NCBI GenBank assembly: GCA_041178545.1
Contig: JBEGVB010000167.1
Location: 6,438 to 70,437 of the forward strand
Origin: Planctomycetota bacterium
Lineage (GTDB): Bacteria; Planctomycetota; UBA1135; UBA2386
Length of the DNA: 64,000 bases
Reading direction: 5' to 3'
The position numbers and the translations under genes are program-made. Below are positions 51,141 through 59,838 of the stretch, piece by piece. The notes under the pieces are model-generated. The model saw only the letters and a list, made by a program, of their open reading frames with translations, searched no databases and was not told the DNA's origin. Within the stretch, counting starts at the first letter, position 1. Every line of letters starts with the position of its first letter.

Positions 51141-51867
51141 GGTCCTGGTGATCCTGCGACGCGAGCTGAAGAGCTACTTCCTCAGCCCGATCGCCTACGT
51201 GTTCGGCATGCTGTTCCTCGGCGTGCAGATCTTCTTCTCCGCCAAGCAGTCCCTCGTGCAGGGCCAACAGGCCAGCATGCAGGGGTTCTTCGGCTGGCTG
51301 CCGCTCATCTTCCTGTTCTTCCTGCCGGGCCTGACAATGCGGCTCTGGGCAGAGGAGCGGAAGGTGGGGACCCTCGAACTGCTGATGACCTTCCCGGTGA
51401 GGGTCTCGCAGCTTGTCCTGGGCAAGTTCCTCGCCGCGCTCGCCTACCTGGCGATCGTGCTGGCGTTCACGCTGGTGCTGCCGCTCACGCTCAGTGCCTA
51501 CGGCGGGCTCGACTGGGGACCGGTGCTGATCGCGTACCTTGCCTCGCTGCTGCTCGCGGGTGCCTACCTTTCGGTGGGCATGTTCTGGTCGTCGATGACA
51601 CGCGACCAGATCGTCGCGCTGCTGCTGGCCCTGGTCACCTTGTTCGCGCTCTACATGCTGGGCTACCCGGTGATCCTCGACTGGGTCGCCTCCAGCCTGC
51701 CCACGTGGCTGCTGGACCTCGTGAACGGGATCAGTCCCTACAAGTACTTCCTGAGTGTCCAGCGCGGCGTGATCGACACGCGCGACCTGGTCTACTCGGC
51801 CTGCTTCTGCGGGTTCTTCCTCTACGCCAACGGGCTGGTGCTCAACCTGCGCCGGCAGAAGGGGTGA
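51133..51867 (+). CDS. ABC-2 type transporter permease (GldF-like)
   Basis: It overlaps the ATPase gene by 8 nt. It has six hydrophobic helices and the typical N-terminus 'RRELKSYFLSPIAYVF'. Confidence 0.85.
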   Translation: MREVLVILRRELKSYFLSPIAYVFGMLFLGVQIFFSAKQSLVQGQQASMQGFFGWLPLIFLFFLPGLTMRLWAEERKVGTLELLMTFPVRVSQLVLGKFLAALAYLAIVLAFTLVLPLTLSAYGGLDWGPVLIAYLASLLLAGAYLSVGMFWSSMTRDQIVALLLALVTLFALYMLGYPVILDWVASSLPTWLLDLVNGISPYKYFLSVQRGVIDTRDLVYSACFCGFFLYANGLVLNLRRQKG

Positions 51868-51871
51868 TGCC

Positions 51872-53956
51872 GTGACGAACCTCCAGAACCGTCAACGCGG
51901 CAGCGTGGCCGCGCTCGTGCTGCACGTCGTGCTGCTCGCGCTCGTCCTCGGGCAGGTCGTGTTCCTCTCCTCCCGGTACCGGTGGCGCCTCGACTCCACC
52001 GCGGACGGCTACTACACCCTCACGCGCTCGACGCGCGACCTCATCGAGTCGATGCCGGACCGGCTGGTGCTCGAGGCCTACTTCAGTCCCAAGGAGGACC
52101 TGCCGGGGCAGTGGCGCGACGGCCGCGACATCCTCGACAACTTCCTCGACGAACTCGTCCAGGTTGGTCGCGGCAAGATCGTGCTGGAGCGGTTCAACCC
52201 CAACGACGACAAGGCCATTGCCGACAAGTGCACGCGGCTGGGCATCAAGCCCATCGACCTGCGCTCGGGCACGGCCACCTCGATGGAGGTGAACCGGAAC
52301 TGGCAGGGCATGCGCCTCGTCCACGGCGGCTCGAAGCAGAAGGTGCTGGAGCAGGTGCAGCCGATGTCGGCCTTCCAGCTGGAGGCAGTCATCACCCCGG
52401 CCATCAAGGAAGTGCTCACCAAGGACAAGCGGGTGGTGGGCTACATGGAGTGGCCTGCTGCTGCCGTCGGCGGCCAGCAGGGCGGGTCCCACGGCTGGAC
52501 CCAGATCCGGGCCATCGACCTCGTCGCAAAGCGCTACGACTTCCGCAACGTGAAGGACGCCGCCGGCGCGCTGGTGCCAGAGGACGTCGACACGGTGCTG
52601 CTGTTCCGGCCCAAGGACCTCACCGACCGCGAGAAGTACGTCATCGACCAGTTCCTCATGCGCGGCGGCAACCTCGTGGTGTTCGCCGAGGCCGCCGAGT
52701 ACCAGGTCGGTCCCTACCGCAGCTTCAACCGCCAGCCGGTGGAGCTGGACGCGGGCGGCAGTGCACACAAGTTCGTCGAGCAGCTCGCGCACTACGGCAT
52801 CGAGTTGCGCCAGAAGGTGGTGGCCGACGCGCACCCGCAGGCGCGCACCGGGTCGCACCCGCTCGAGTACCTGGCTGCCATGTGGCCCAACATGTTCGGG
52901 CAGGTGCAGCCGACCCCGGTGCTGTACCCGTACTTCTTCCACGCGGTGGCCGCGGAGTGGAGCCAGCTCGCAGACCAGGTCGCAACCGACCAGCGAACCG
53001 GGCAGCGCGACGTGGCCCTCGCCGACGAGTACCGACGCAAGTGGCGCCCGGGCATCGACAGCAAGGAGTTCCTGTTCGCTCCCTTCGCAAAGGTCGGGCG
53101 TGGTCCCGGCTTCTACTGGCCGTGCTGGGTGGACGTGCGACGCAGCGGCGGTGAGCCCAGTCTACCAGAGGGTGTGACGGGCAGCGTGATGCTGTGGTCG
53201 AGCCCACTTGCGCTGGTCGAGGAGCCCCAGCAGAACCTCAACCCCATCGGCGGCAGCGACATCCAGCAGCAGCGTGCGTCGATGATGCAGTTCCTCACCA
53301 AGCTGGACGAGCGCATGCGCAGCGAGCCGCGCCAGCAGGCGCCGCTGATGGCAGAGGTGAGCGGCAGCTTCCGCTCGTTCTTCGAGGGCAAGGAACGCCC
53401 GAAGAAGCAGTCCGAGCTCGATGCCGAGAAGGCTGCGGCGGACGCTGAGGCGAAGAAGGAGGGCGAGCAGCCCCCCTTGGAAGCAGGCCAGGAGGGACCG
53501 CCCGCACCGAAGCCGGAGGATGCAGGTGCGAAGGACCAGCCCGCCGAGCCGGCTCTCCTGCCAGCCGCCACCAAGGCGGGTCGGGTGATCGTGGTCGGTG
53601 ACTCGGACTTCCTCCGCGACGACTTCGTCCGCGGCGAGTACCAACAGGCAGGCGGCCCCGTGTCCGTGTTCACCGCGCCCTCGTTCTTCCAGGGCCTCCT
53701 CGACTGGCTGGCCCAGGACCGCGACCTCGTCGAGTTGCAGTCCCGCGTGCCGGTCGACCGCAGCCTGCGGTTCGTCGACGCGCCCACGACGATGGGGGAC
53801 CCGATCGAGTCCGAGCGCGCTGTCGAGCGCAAGGTCGCCGCGTTGCAGTGGTTCAACGTGCTGCTGCCCGTGGCCCTGTTCGGCGCCCTTGGACTCTTCG
53901 TGTGGCTCGGTCGCCGCGCACAGAAGAAGTCGTTCCTCGCCACCGCAGGAAACTAG
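51872..53956 (+). CDS. GldG-like ABC transporter auxiliary protein (ABC_transp_aux)
   Basis: GTG start, an N-terminal TM helix, 'DSTADGYYTLTRSTRDLI' and 'VIVVGDSDFLRDDFV', and a C-terminal TM helix. Its position after an ABC-2 permease is typical of GldG-type proteins. Confidence 0.75.
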   Translation: MTNLQNRQRGSVAALVLHVVLLALVLGQVVFLSSRYRWRLDSTADGYYTLTRSTRDLIESMPDRLVLEAYFSPKEDLPGQWRDGRDILDNFLDELVQVGRGKIVLERFNPNDDKAIADKCTRLGIKPIDLRSGTATSMEVNRNWQGMRLVHGGSKQKVLEQVQPMSAFQLEAVITPAIKEVLTKDKRVVGYMEWPAAAVGGQQGGSHGWTQIRAIDLVAKRYDFRNVKDAAGALVPEDVDTVLLFRPKDLTDREKYVIDQFLMRGGNLVVFAEAAEYQVGPYRSFNRQPVELDAGGSAHKFVEQLAHYGIELRQKVVADAHPQARTGSHPLEYLAAMWPNMFGQVQPTPVLYPYFFHAVAAEWSQLADQVATDQRTGQRDVALADEYRRKWRPGIDSKEFLFAPFAKVGRGPGFYWPCWVDVRRSGGEPSLPEGVTGSVMLWSSPLALVEEPQQNLNPIGGSDIQQQRASMMQFLTKLDERMRSEPRQQAPLMAEVSGSFRSFFEGKERPKKQSELDAEKAAADAEAKKEGEQPPLEAGQEGPPAPKPEDAGAKDQPAEPALLPAATKAGRVIVVGDSDFLRDDFVRGEYQQAGGPVSVFTAPSFFQGLLDWLAQDRDLVELQSRVPVDRSLRFVDAPTTMGDPIESERAVERKVAALQWFNVLLPVALFGALGLFVWLGRRAQKKSFLATAGN

Positions 53957-53964
53957 GAGGCAAC

Positions 53965-55182
53965 GTGAACCTCAACCGCTCCAACGGAATCCTCGCCGTC
54001 CTCGCGCTCGCCCTCGCGGTGCCCACCGTTCTCGTGCTCCGCAGCGAGTCTTCGACCTTCACCGCGCTCGACCGCGTACCCCGGCTGTTCGACGGGTTCA
54101 CCTCGACGAACATGCAGGGTTTCGTGCTCGGGCTGCCCAAGGGCATGGCACCCGTTCCCGCCAACGACCCCAACGCCAAGCCGCAGGTGCAGTACGACAT
54201 GCTGCAGGTGGCGCGCTCCGACAAGGGCTGGCAGGTGGCGGGTGGCGACCTCGCCGGGGCCCCGGTGCAAGCGAGTCGCGTCGAGAACGACGTGATCAAG
54301 CACCTCACCGACGTGCGCACCGGCAACGACGTCCTGGTGGTCAAGGACGCCACGGACGAGCAGCTTGCCGCGTACGACCTGTCCGAGGAGAAGGCATTCG
54401 TCATCAAGGCCGTCGGGCAGGGCAACTCCACGCTTGCCGAGTTGCTGGTGGGCAAGGACAGCTCCAGCGGCAAGACCACCGAGTCGGTGCGCGGCGTCTT
54501 CGTGCGCACTCGCGACGGCCGCGACATCTGGCTCTACGAGGTCCCGTACCTGCAGCGCGCGGTCGACGCATCCCAGTGGATCGACAAGGTCGTGCACCAG
54601 GTCAAGCAGGAGCAGGTGACGCGCTTCACGCTGCGGAACCCCGCCAGCAACGGGCTCGAGCTCGCCTTCTCGCGCAAGGATGGTTCGACCGCCAGCTGGA
54701 CCGCAGAAGTGGCCCCGCCCGAGACCGGTGCCCTTCGCCAGATGGAGGTCGAGAACCTCGTGCAGCGACTGCTCACGGTCTCCGCAGCAGAGTTGAGGCG
54801 TCCCGCCCAGGGTGCCAACCTCGGCGAACTCGGGCTCCAGCCGCCGCAGTACGAGGTCTCCCTCACCACCAAGGACGGCGAGACCGAGAAGGTGGTCCGG
54901 CTGCTCGTCGGCGCCAAGGTCGACGGCAAGGAGGAGTACTACGCATCCTCCAGCGAGTCGAAGTTCCTGCTCACGCTGCCCTCCTACCTGGTGACGGGAC
55001 TCGAGCGGAACCCGAAGGAACTGTTCGACCCGAAGGCACCTGCCGAGCCGGCCCCGCCCGGCGACGCCAAGGCTGCCGAGGTGCCGGCCCCGCAGCCGCA
55101 GGTTGTCGTGCCGCCTGCGGAGGGACCGCAGCCGTCCAACCCGCCCCCCGCAAGGACCGGTGGCACCGGGGGCGGGGGCTGA
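53965..55182 (+). CDS. DUF4340-like protein
   Basis: The GTG start is preceded by an AGGAGG Shine-Dalgarno sequence (53955-53960). N-terminal TM 'ILAVLALALAVPTVLVL', then beta-rich modules and a Pro-rich tail. This is the canonical position after a gldG-like gene. Confidence 0.6.
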   Translation: MNLNRSNGILAVLALALAVPTVLVLRSESSTFTALDRVPRLFDGFTSTNMQGFVLGLPKGMAPVPANDPNAKPQVQYDMLQVARSDKGWQVAGGDLAGAPVQASRVENDVIKHLTDVRTGNDVLVVKDATDEQLAAYDLSEEKAFVIKAVGQGNSTLAELLVGKDSSSGKTTESVRGVFVRTRDGRDIWLYEVPYLQRAVDASQWIDKVVHQVKQEQVTRFTLRNPASNGLELAFSRKDGSTASWTAEVAPPETGALRQMEVENLVQRLLTVSAAELRRPAQGANLGELGLQPPQYEVSLTTKDGETEKVVRLLVGAKVDGKEEYYASSSESKFLLTLPSYLVTGLERNPKELFDPKAPAEPAPPGDAKAAEVPAPQPQVVVPPAEGPQPSNPPPARTGGTGGGG

Positions 55183-55288
55183 GGGGACCGTGCCAAGGCA
55201 GCTTCTGCAGGCCACTGTGCCAACCGACAGGTTGCCTCAAGCCGTGGGTAGGACTCTGCCGATAGCACCGACCTCTTGTTGTTCTCGC

Positions 55289-55332
55289 GGCCGGATCGGC
55301 GACACGGTGTTGCCGTTCCGGCCTGTTTTTTT
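55289..55332 (+). terminator. Rho-independent terminator after the ABC/GldG/DUF4340 operon
   Basis: GGCCGGAT-CGGCGACA-CGG-TGTTGCCG-TTCCGGCC forms about 15 bp including one G:U pair. It is followed by TG and a run of 7 T (55326-55332), which is very unusual in this GC-rich sequence. Confidence 0.75.
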
Positions 55333-55400
55333 CTCCCTCCCTCTTCGCGGCGGCGCGTCGCCCGGGCCCCGGTCCCCTTCCGCAAGGGCGGTGAGCTGAG

Positions 55401-56354
55401 GTGGCCGAAGTCGGGAGCTTGTCGCCGGAGCAGTGCCTCGCCGCGTTTGCAGGACGGCTGCAGCGGCGCCACGCGCGGATGGCCGCAGTGCGGGCAGTCC
55501 TGCGGACCTTCCTGCCCTGGGGCGCACTCGGCGGGGTCGCGCTGTGGTTCGACCCGCGTGCTGCCGCCGTGCTCGGGGCAGGTGGGTTGCTGCTCGCGGC
55601 AGTTGCGGGGCTCTGGGCGGCCCGCAGGCGCGTGCCGCACCACCTGCTGCTCGCGGGCGTCCAGGACGCACCCGAGGTGCAGGACGCGCTGGGCACCTGG
55701 CTCGAACGTCGCACTGGCACCACCACCTCACCGATGGTGTCGGCCTGGCTCGCCGAGGACCTCTGGCACCGCGCGAGCTCGATGCCCGCCCGGGCTTGGT
55801 CGCACGTGGGCCAGCGTCCGCTGGGCGCGGTGCGGTGGTTGCTGCCGCTCCTCGTCCTGCTGCTCTGGGGACGCTTCCTCGTCGACGGCATCCAGCTGCC
55901 GTTGCCGGGCGCTGGTGGTGGGGCCGTGTCGGGCGCGGGTGCAGGCGGCAATGCCGGCCAGGGCCAACAGCCCGGTGGTTCGCGCCCCGAACTCCCCGAA
56001 CCACCGCCGGTGGCCCCCGAGCCACCGCCTGCGGAGGAACCCGAGCCGCCGCCTCCCGAGCCGGACCCGCTGCTGCAGCTCCCGCCGCAGGAACAGTACG
56101 TGGTGCCGCAGTTCGTCGGTGACGGCCCGAGCCGCAAGGCGCTGGCGGAACGCGCCGAGGTGGAGATGGGGGGCGGTTCGTCCTCGCGACCCGAGCCGCG
56201 TCCCGCCGGCGCGGGGGCAGAGCCGGAACCACGACCCGCGCCACACGACTACCAGCGCGCTGCGGAGCGCGCCGAGCGCGCCCGCAACGTGCCCGTCGAG
56301 GAGCGGCCCGTGGTGCGCAGGTTCTTCGACCTGCTGCGCAAGGAGGGCTCGTGA
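55401..56354 (+). CDS. Hypothetical membrane protein with Pro-rich central region
   Basis: GTG start. It has two to three TM helices ('FLPWGALGGVALWF', 'GAGGLLLAAVAGLWA', 'WLLPLLVLLLWG'), a 'PELPEPPPVAPEPPPAEEPEPPPPEPDP' linker, and a conserved-looking C-terminus 'VPVEERPVVRRFFDLL'. It overlaps the DUF58 gene (GTGA). Confidence 0.5.
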   Translation: MAEVGSLSPEQCLAAFAGRLQRRHARMAAVRAVLRTFLPWGALGGVALWFDPRAAAVLGAGGLLLAAVAGLWAARRRVPHHLLLAGVQDAPEVQDALGTWLERRTGTTTSPMVSAWLAEDLWHRASSMPARAWSHVGQRPLGAVRWLLPLLVLLLWGRFLVDGIQLPLPGAGGGAVSGAGAGGNAGQGQQPGGSRPELPEPPPVAPEPPPAEEPEPPPPEPDPLLQLPPQEQYVVPQFVGDGPSRKALAERAEVEMGGGSSSRPEPRPAGAGAEPEPRPAPHDYQRAAERAERARNVPVEERPVVRRFFDLLRKEGS

Positions 56355-57238
56355 GGGCCCACGGCGTCGACTTGCCCGACCCGTTCCCGGAGTCGTTCCG
56401 TGCCACCCTGCAGCAACTGGTCGCAGGGGCCGCCCGCACCGAGGGCGACCGCGTGGACGCAACCCGTGCGCGTCGTCGCCAACTCGCGCAGAGCGGCGTG
56501 TTCACCGGCCACCGTCCCTACGTGGGCGGGGACGACCTGCGCCGCATCGACTGGAACGCGTACGCGCGCAGCGGCGGGTTGTTCGTGAAGCTGCTGGAGG
56601 AGGAGGAGCCGCGCGCGAGTGCCGTGGTGGTGGACGCGTCGGCAACGGTGCTCGCGGGCACGCCCTCGCGCTGGACCGGCGCGCTCCGGCTCGCGGCGGT
56701 CGCAGGAGGTCTCGCACTCCGGCACCTCGACGCAATGCGCCTCGTTGCCGGTGGCACCGACCTGCGGCTTGCCGGGCCACGCTCCCTTCCGCAACTCCTC
56801 GAGCGTTTGCGTCGGCTGGAGCCGGGTCCGGCCGAGTCGCCGCGCGCCGTGGTGGAACGCCTGCTCGACGTGGGCCACCCGGGTCACGTGCACTGGGTCT
56901 CGCACTTCACCGACCCGTCGGCGCTGGAGCCCGCGCTCCGGCTGCTGCGTCGTCATGGCGTGCGGGTCACGGGCGTGCTGCCCTCGGTGCCGGACGACCG
57001 GGCGGTCGCCGCGCGCGGCTGGGTCCTGGTGGCCGACCCGGCGACCGGCAGGAAGGAGCGCATTGCAGTCGACGGGGCGATGGTGCGCGAGATGCAGCGC
57101 CAGCTGGAACTGCTCGCACGCCAGCAGGACATCGTCTTCGGTCGCAGCGGTGCGCCGCTCGTCCGCTTCGAGCTGCCTGCACCCGGTGACCACTCGCTTG
57201 CCGCGTGGAAGGAGGCAGCGTGGATCTTCCGACGCTGA
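56351..57238 (+). CDS. DUF58 domain protein (vWA-like, MoxR-operon type)
   Basis: 'GVFTGHRPYVGGDDLRRIDWNAYARSGGLFVKLLEEEE' is the DUF58 hallmark. Confidence 0.8.
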   Translation: MRAHGVDLPDPFPESFRATLQQLVAGAARTEGDRVDATRARRRQLAQSGVFTGHRPYVGGDDLRRIDWNAYARSGGLFVKLLEEEEPRASAVVVDASATVLAGTPSRWTGALRLAAVAGGLALRHLDAMRLVAGGTDLRLAGPRSLPQLLERLRRLEPGPAESPRAVVERLLDVGHPGHVHWVSHFTDPSALEPALRLLRRHGVRVTGVLPSVPDDRAVAARGWVLVADPATGRKERIAVDGAMVREMQRQLELLARQQDIVFGRSGAPLVRFELPAPGDHSLAAWKEAAWIFRR

Positions 57239-58821
57239 GCGAGCCGCAGCGACTCTGGCTGCTGTTGCTGCTGCCGCTCGTCTGGTTGCTCGCGTTGCCA
57301 CCGCGTCCCGTGCGGGTGTTGCTCACGGCGCACATGCAGCAGTGGCTCCTCGCGCGCGAGACACTCAACCGCAGCGCCCCGCGCGTGCGTCCACTGCGCC
57401 TGTTGCTCCTGCTCGCGGCGCTCACCTGCTGCATCGTCGCCCACGCCGACCCGCACAGCAGCGGCTCGACGGGTGCCGACCGGCTCGTCGTGCTGCTGGA
57501 CACGTCTGCCTCCATGGCCGCGCGCGGTGAGCGCGGTGAGCGCGTGCTCGACGATGCGCTGGAGGCACTGCGCAGCCGCCTCAACACTCTCGACGACTCG
57601 TTCGACGTGCGCCTGCTTGCGCTGGGCGAACATGCTGCGGTGCTGGACGGTGCCATGGCTCGCGCACCAGGCACTTCCCTGCGCCCTGCAGGTGCGTTGC
57701 CCGGCAGCCTCGATGCCATCGCACGCGGCGCTACCGACGAACGCACGGCCGTGTGGACGATCACCGATGGACAGCCCGTGGACACCGGTCCGATCCCCTC
57801 GGTGGGCGGGCTCACGCTGCTGGGTGCCCCGCGGGACAACTGGTCGCTTGCAACCGTCGAGTGCGTGGACGGCTGGCCCGCGACGCGACTCGTGTTGCGG
57901 GCAGGCCTGGTTTCCCATGCCGACCGGCCCGCGCGCGTGCGGCTCACGGCCAAGGGCGCGGTTGCGCCGAACGAGCCGCTGGAGCAGGAACTCGGGCCGA
58001 GACAACGCACCACGGTCGAACTGGTGCTGGACCGCGTCCCTGCAGGCGGCGAACTGGTCCTGCACCTCGAGGCCGAGGGGGATGCGCTCGCCCTCGACGA
58101 CCGCTGGAGCGCCAGCCTGCCGCCGCTGCCGGCGCCGCGCATCGGCGTACTCGCCGAGGCCGGGGACGCCGGACGCAGTGCGCGGCTCGCAGCGCAGGCC
58201 CTCGCCGAGGAACTCGGCGGCACCGTGGTGGAATCGCCTGCTGCGGACGTGCGGGTTGCGTTCACGGTGGTCGAGGGCGGCGTGTCCGACGTGCAGCCCG
58301 GTCGGTCCAGGGTGGCGAGTTTCGGCACCCGCGCGGACGGCAGCGGTACGCCGCGGGTGGCTGCAGGCGTGGTGCTGGCCGACTGGCGTCGCGAGGACCC
58401 GTTGCTGCGCGGCATCGACCTCTCCGAACTGTCGGTGCGCACTGCATTGCTCGACGCGCTGCCCGCAGGCGACATTCTCGTCACCGGGCAACTGCCCACC
58501 GGGCAGGCGGTGCCGCTGGCCGTCGCGGTCCGCGGTGCGGCCGCCACCTCGGTGCACTTCGCCTTCCGGCTCGCGGACAGCAACCTTGCCCTGCTGCCGG
58601 CCTTTCCCCAGATCCTCCGCCGGGCCATGCTGACTGCCCACGGGGAGGCGGCCCGGATCCGTGCCACCGACCCCGTACCCGCCGGGGAGTCCGACCTCAC
58701 CCGGCTGCCGGGGGCGCAGGAGCGGCCGATGCCTCCCCTGCGGACCCCGGGCAGGGCGCTGGCGGCCTGGTTCCTGCTGGGCGCCCTCGCCCTGCTGGCA
58801 CTGCGGGCCTGGGTGCGCTGA
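57220..58821 (+). CDS. BatA-like protein (N-terminal double-transmembrane aerotolerance-regulator domain + degenerate vWA-like region)
   Basis: A GTG start at 57220 gives 'VDLPTLSEPQRLWLLLLLPLVWLLAL...PLRLLLLLAALTCCIVAHADP', the two-TM BatA_N pattern. 'LVVLLDTSASM' is MIDAS-like, and there is a C-terminal TM. An alternative start is at 57205. Confidence 0.65.
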   Translation: MDLPTLSEPQRLWLLLLLPLVWLLALPPRPVRVLLTAHMQQWLLARETLNRSAPRVRPLRLLLLLAALTCCIVAHADPHSSGSTGADRLVVLLDTSASMAARGERGERVLDDALEALRSRLNTLDDSFDVRLLALGEHAAVLDGAMARAPGTSLRPAGALPGSLDAIARGATDERTAVWTITDGQPVDTGPIPSVGGLTLLGAPRDNWSLATVECVDGWPATRLVLRAGLVSHADRPARVRLTAKGAVAPNEPLEQELGPRQRTTVELVLDRVPAGGELVLHLEAEGDALALDDRWSASLPPLPAPRIGVLAEAGDAGRSARLAAQALAEELGGTVVESPAADVRVAFTVVEGGVSDVQPGRSRVASFGTRADGSGTPRVAAGVVLADWRREDPLLRGIDLSELSVRTALLDALPAGDILVTGQLPTGQAVPLAVAVRGAAATSVHFAFRLADSNLALLPAFPQILRRAMLTAHGEAARIRATDPVPAGESDLTRLPGAQERPMPPLRTPGRALAAWFLLGALALLALRAWVR

Positions 58822-58916
58822 GGCCGGGGGTTCGCAGGTTGCGAAGTTCCTTGCGCGCGCGCCCTTGCGTCGGGGCGGGTCGGTCCGTAGCATCCTCGCC
58901 CCTTACAAGGCACGAC

Positions 58917-59636
58917 ATGACCCTCGGAATCCTCGGCAAGAAGCTGGGCATGACCCAGATTTTCAAGGACGACGGCACTTGCATCCCGGTGACGGTGGTG
59001 CAGGCTGGCCCGTGCAAGGTCCTCCAGATCAAGGTGGCGCACGCATCGGAGCTTCCCGAGGGGCACAAGACCGCCTCGCTGAACCGCGGCAAGAAGAAGG
59101 GCAAGTCCACCCGCGCCCGCACCGCGGACGGCTACTACGCCGTGCAGCTGGGCTTCGACAGCAAGCCCGCCCGCATCGCGACCAAGGCCGAGCTGGGCAA
59201 CATGAAGAAGGTGGGCGTCGAGGGCGGCATGCGCTTCGTGCGCGAGTTCCGCCTCGAGGCCGCCCCGCAGGTCAAGCCCGGTGACGACGTGACCGTCAAC
59301 CTGCTGGCCGGCGTCAAGGCCGTCGACGTCGTCGGCATCACGAAGGGCCGTGGCTGGGCGGGCACCATCAAGCGCCACGGCTTCAGCCGCCAGCCCACCT
59401 CGCACGGCTGCTCGGTCAACCACCGCACCGGTGGTGGCCTCGGTCGTCAGCACTCGATCAGCAGCGGTGTGCCGAAGGGCAAGCGCATGGCCGGTCACTA
59501 CGGCGTCGAGCGCGTCACCATGCAGAACCTCGAGGTCATCAAGGTCGACGAGGCCCGCAACCTCGTCTACCTGCGCGGCTCCGTACCCGGCTACAACAGC
59601 GGGTACCTCATGCTCCGCAAGACCGTGAAGGTCTGA
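58917..59636 (+). CDS. rplC: 50S ribosomal protein L3 (with internal basic insertion)
   Basis: 'LGILGKKLGMTQIF..DG..IPVTVV', 'VDVVGITKGRGWAGTIKRHGF', 'SHG.S..HR..G..G......V.KGK.MAGH.G..RVT.QNLEV..VD....L..L.G..PG' are canonical uL3 motifs. An extra roughly 25 aa ('HASELPEGHKTASLNRGKKKGKSTRARTA') follows the first beta segment. Confidence 0.9.
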   Translation: MTLGILGKKLGMTQIFKDDGTCIPVTVVQAGPCKVLQIKVAHASELPEGHKTASLNRGKKKGKSTRARTADGYYAVQLGFDSKPARIATKAELGNMKKVGVEGGMRFVREFRLEAAPQVKPGDDVTVNLLAGVKAVDVVGITKGRGWAGTIKRHGFSRQPTSHGCSVNHRTGGGLGRQHSISSGVPKGKRMAGHYGVERVTMQNLEVIKVDEARNLVYLRGSVPGYNSGYLMLRKTVKV

Positions 59637-59682
59637 CCGGCTGCAGGTCCAAACCCCCGAAACAACCCACCAGGAACCAACC

Positions 59683-59838
59683 ATGGCTCGCTCGCGTCGC
59701 AAGAACGGCGGTCCCACCCGCGGCCGCTTCAAGCCCAAGAAGATGGGCAAGGGTCACCTCGCCACGCACCGCAAGGTGTCCGGCTCCCGTCCCGTCCTCC
59801 GCATCACCGAGACCGAGTCGTCGGCCAAGAAGGACTGA
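59683..59838 (+). CDS. Unannotated 51-aa highly basic small protein (below the ORF-track length cutoff)
   Basis: MARSRRKNGGPTRGRFKPKKMGKGHLATHRKVSGSRPVLRITETESSAKKD. 45 of 50 codons end in G/C. AGGA lies 7 nt upstream of the ATG. The gene sits 46 nt after rplC, and its stop overlaps the probable CTG start of the next gene. Confidence 0.5.
   Translation: MARSRRKNGGPTRGRFKPKKMGKGHLATHRKVSGSRPVLRITETESSAKKD

Noticed and set aside
56967-59750. 927-aa minus-strand ORF opposite DUF58, the BatA-like gene and rplC
   Set aside because: It is antisense to rplC and the other supported genes. Its Ser/Arg/Ala-rich composition lacks motifs.
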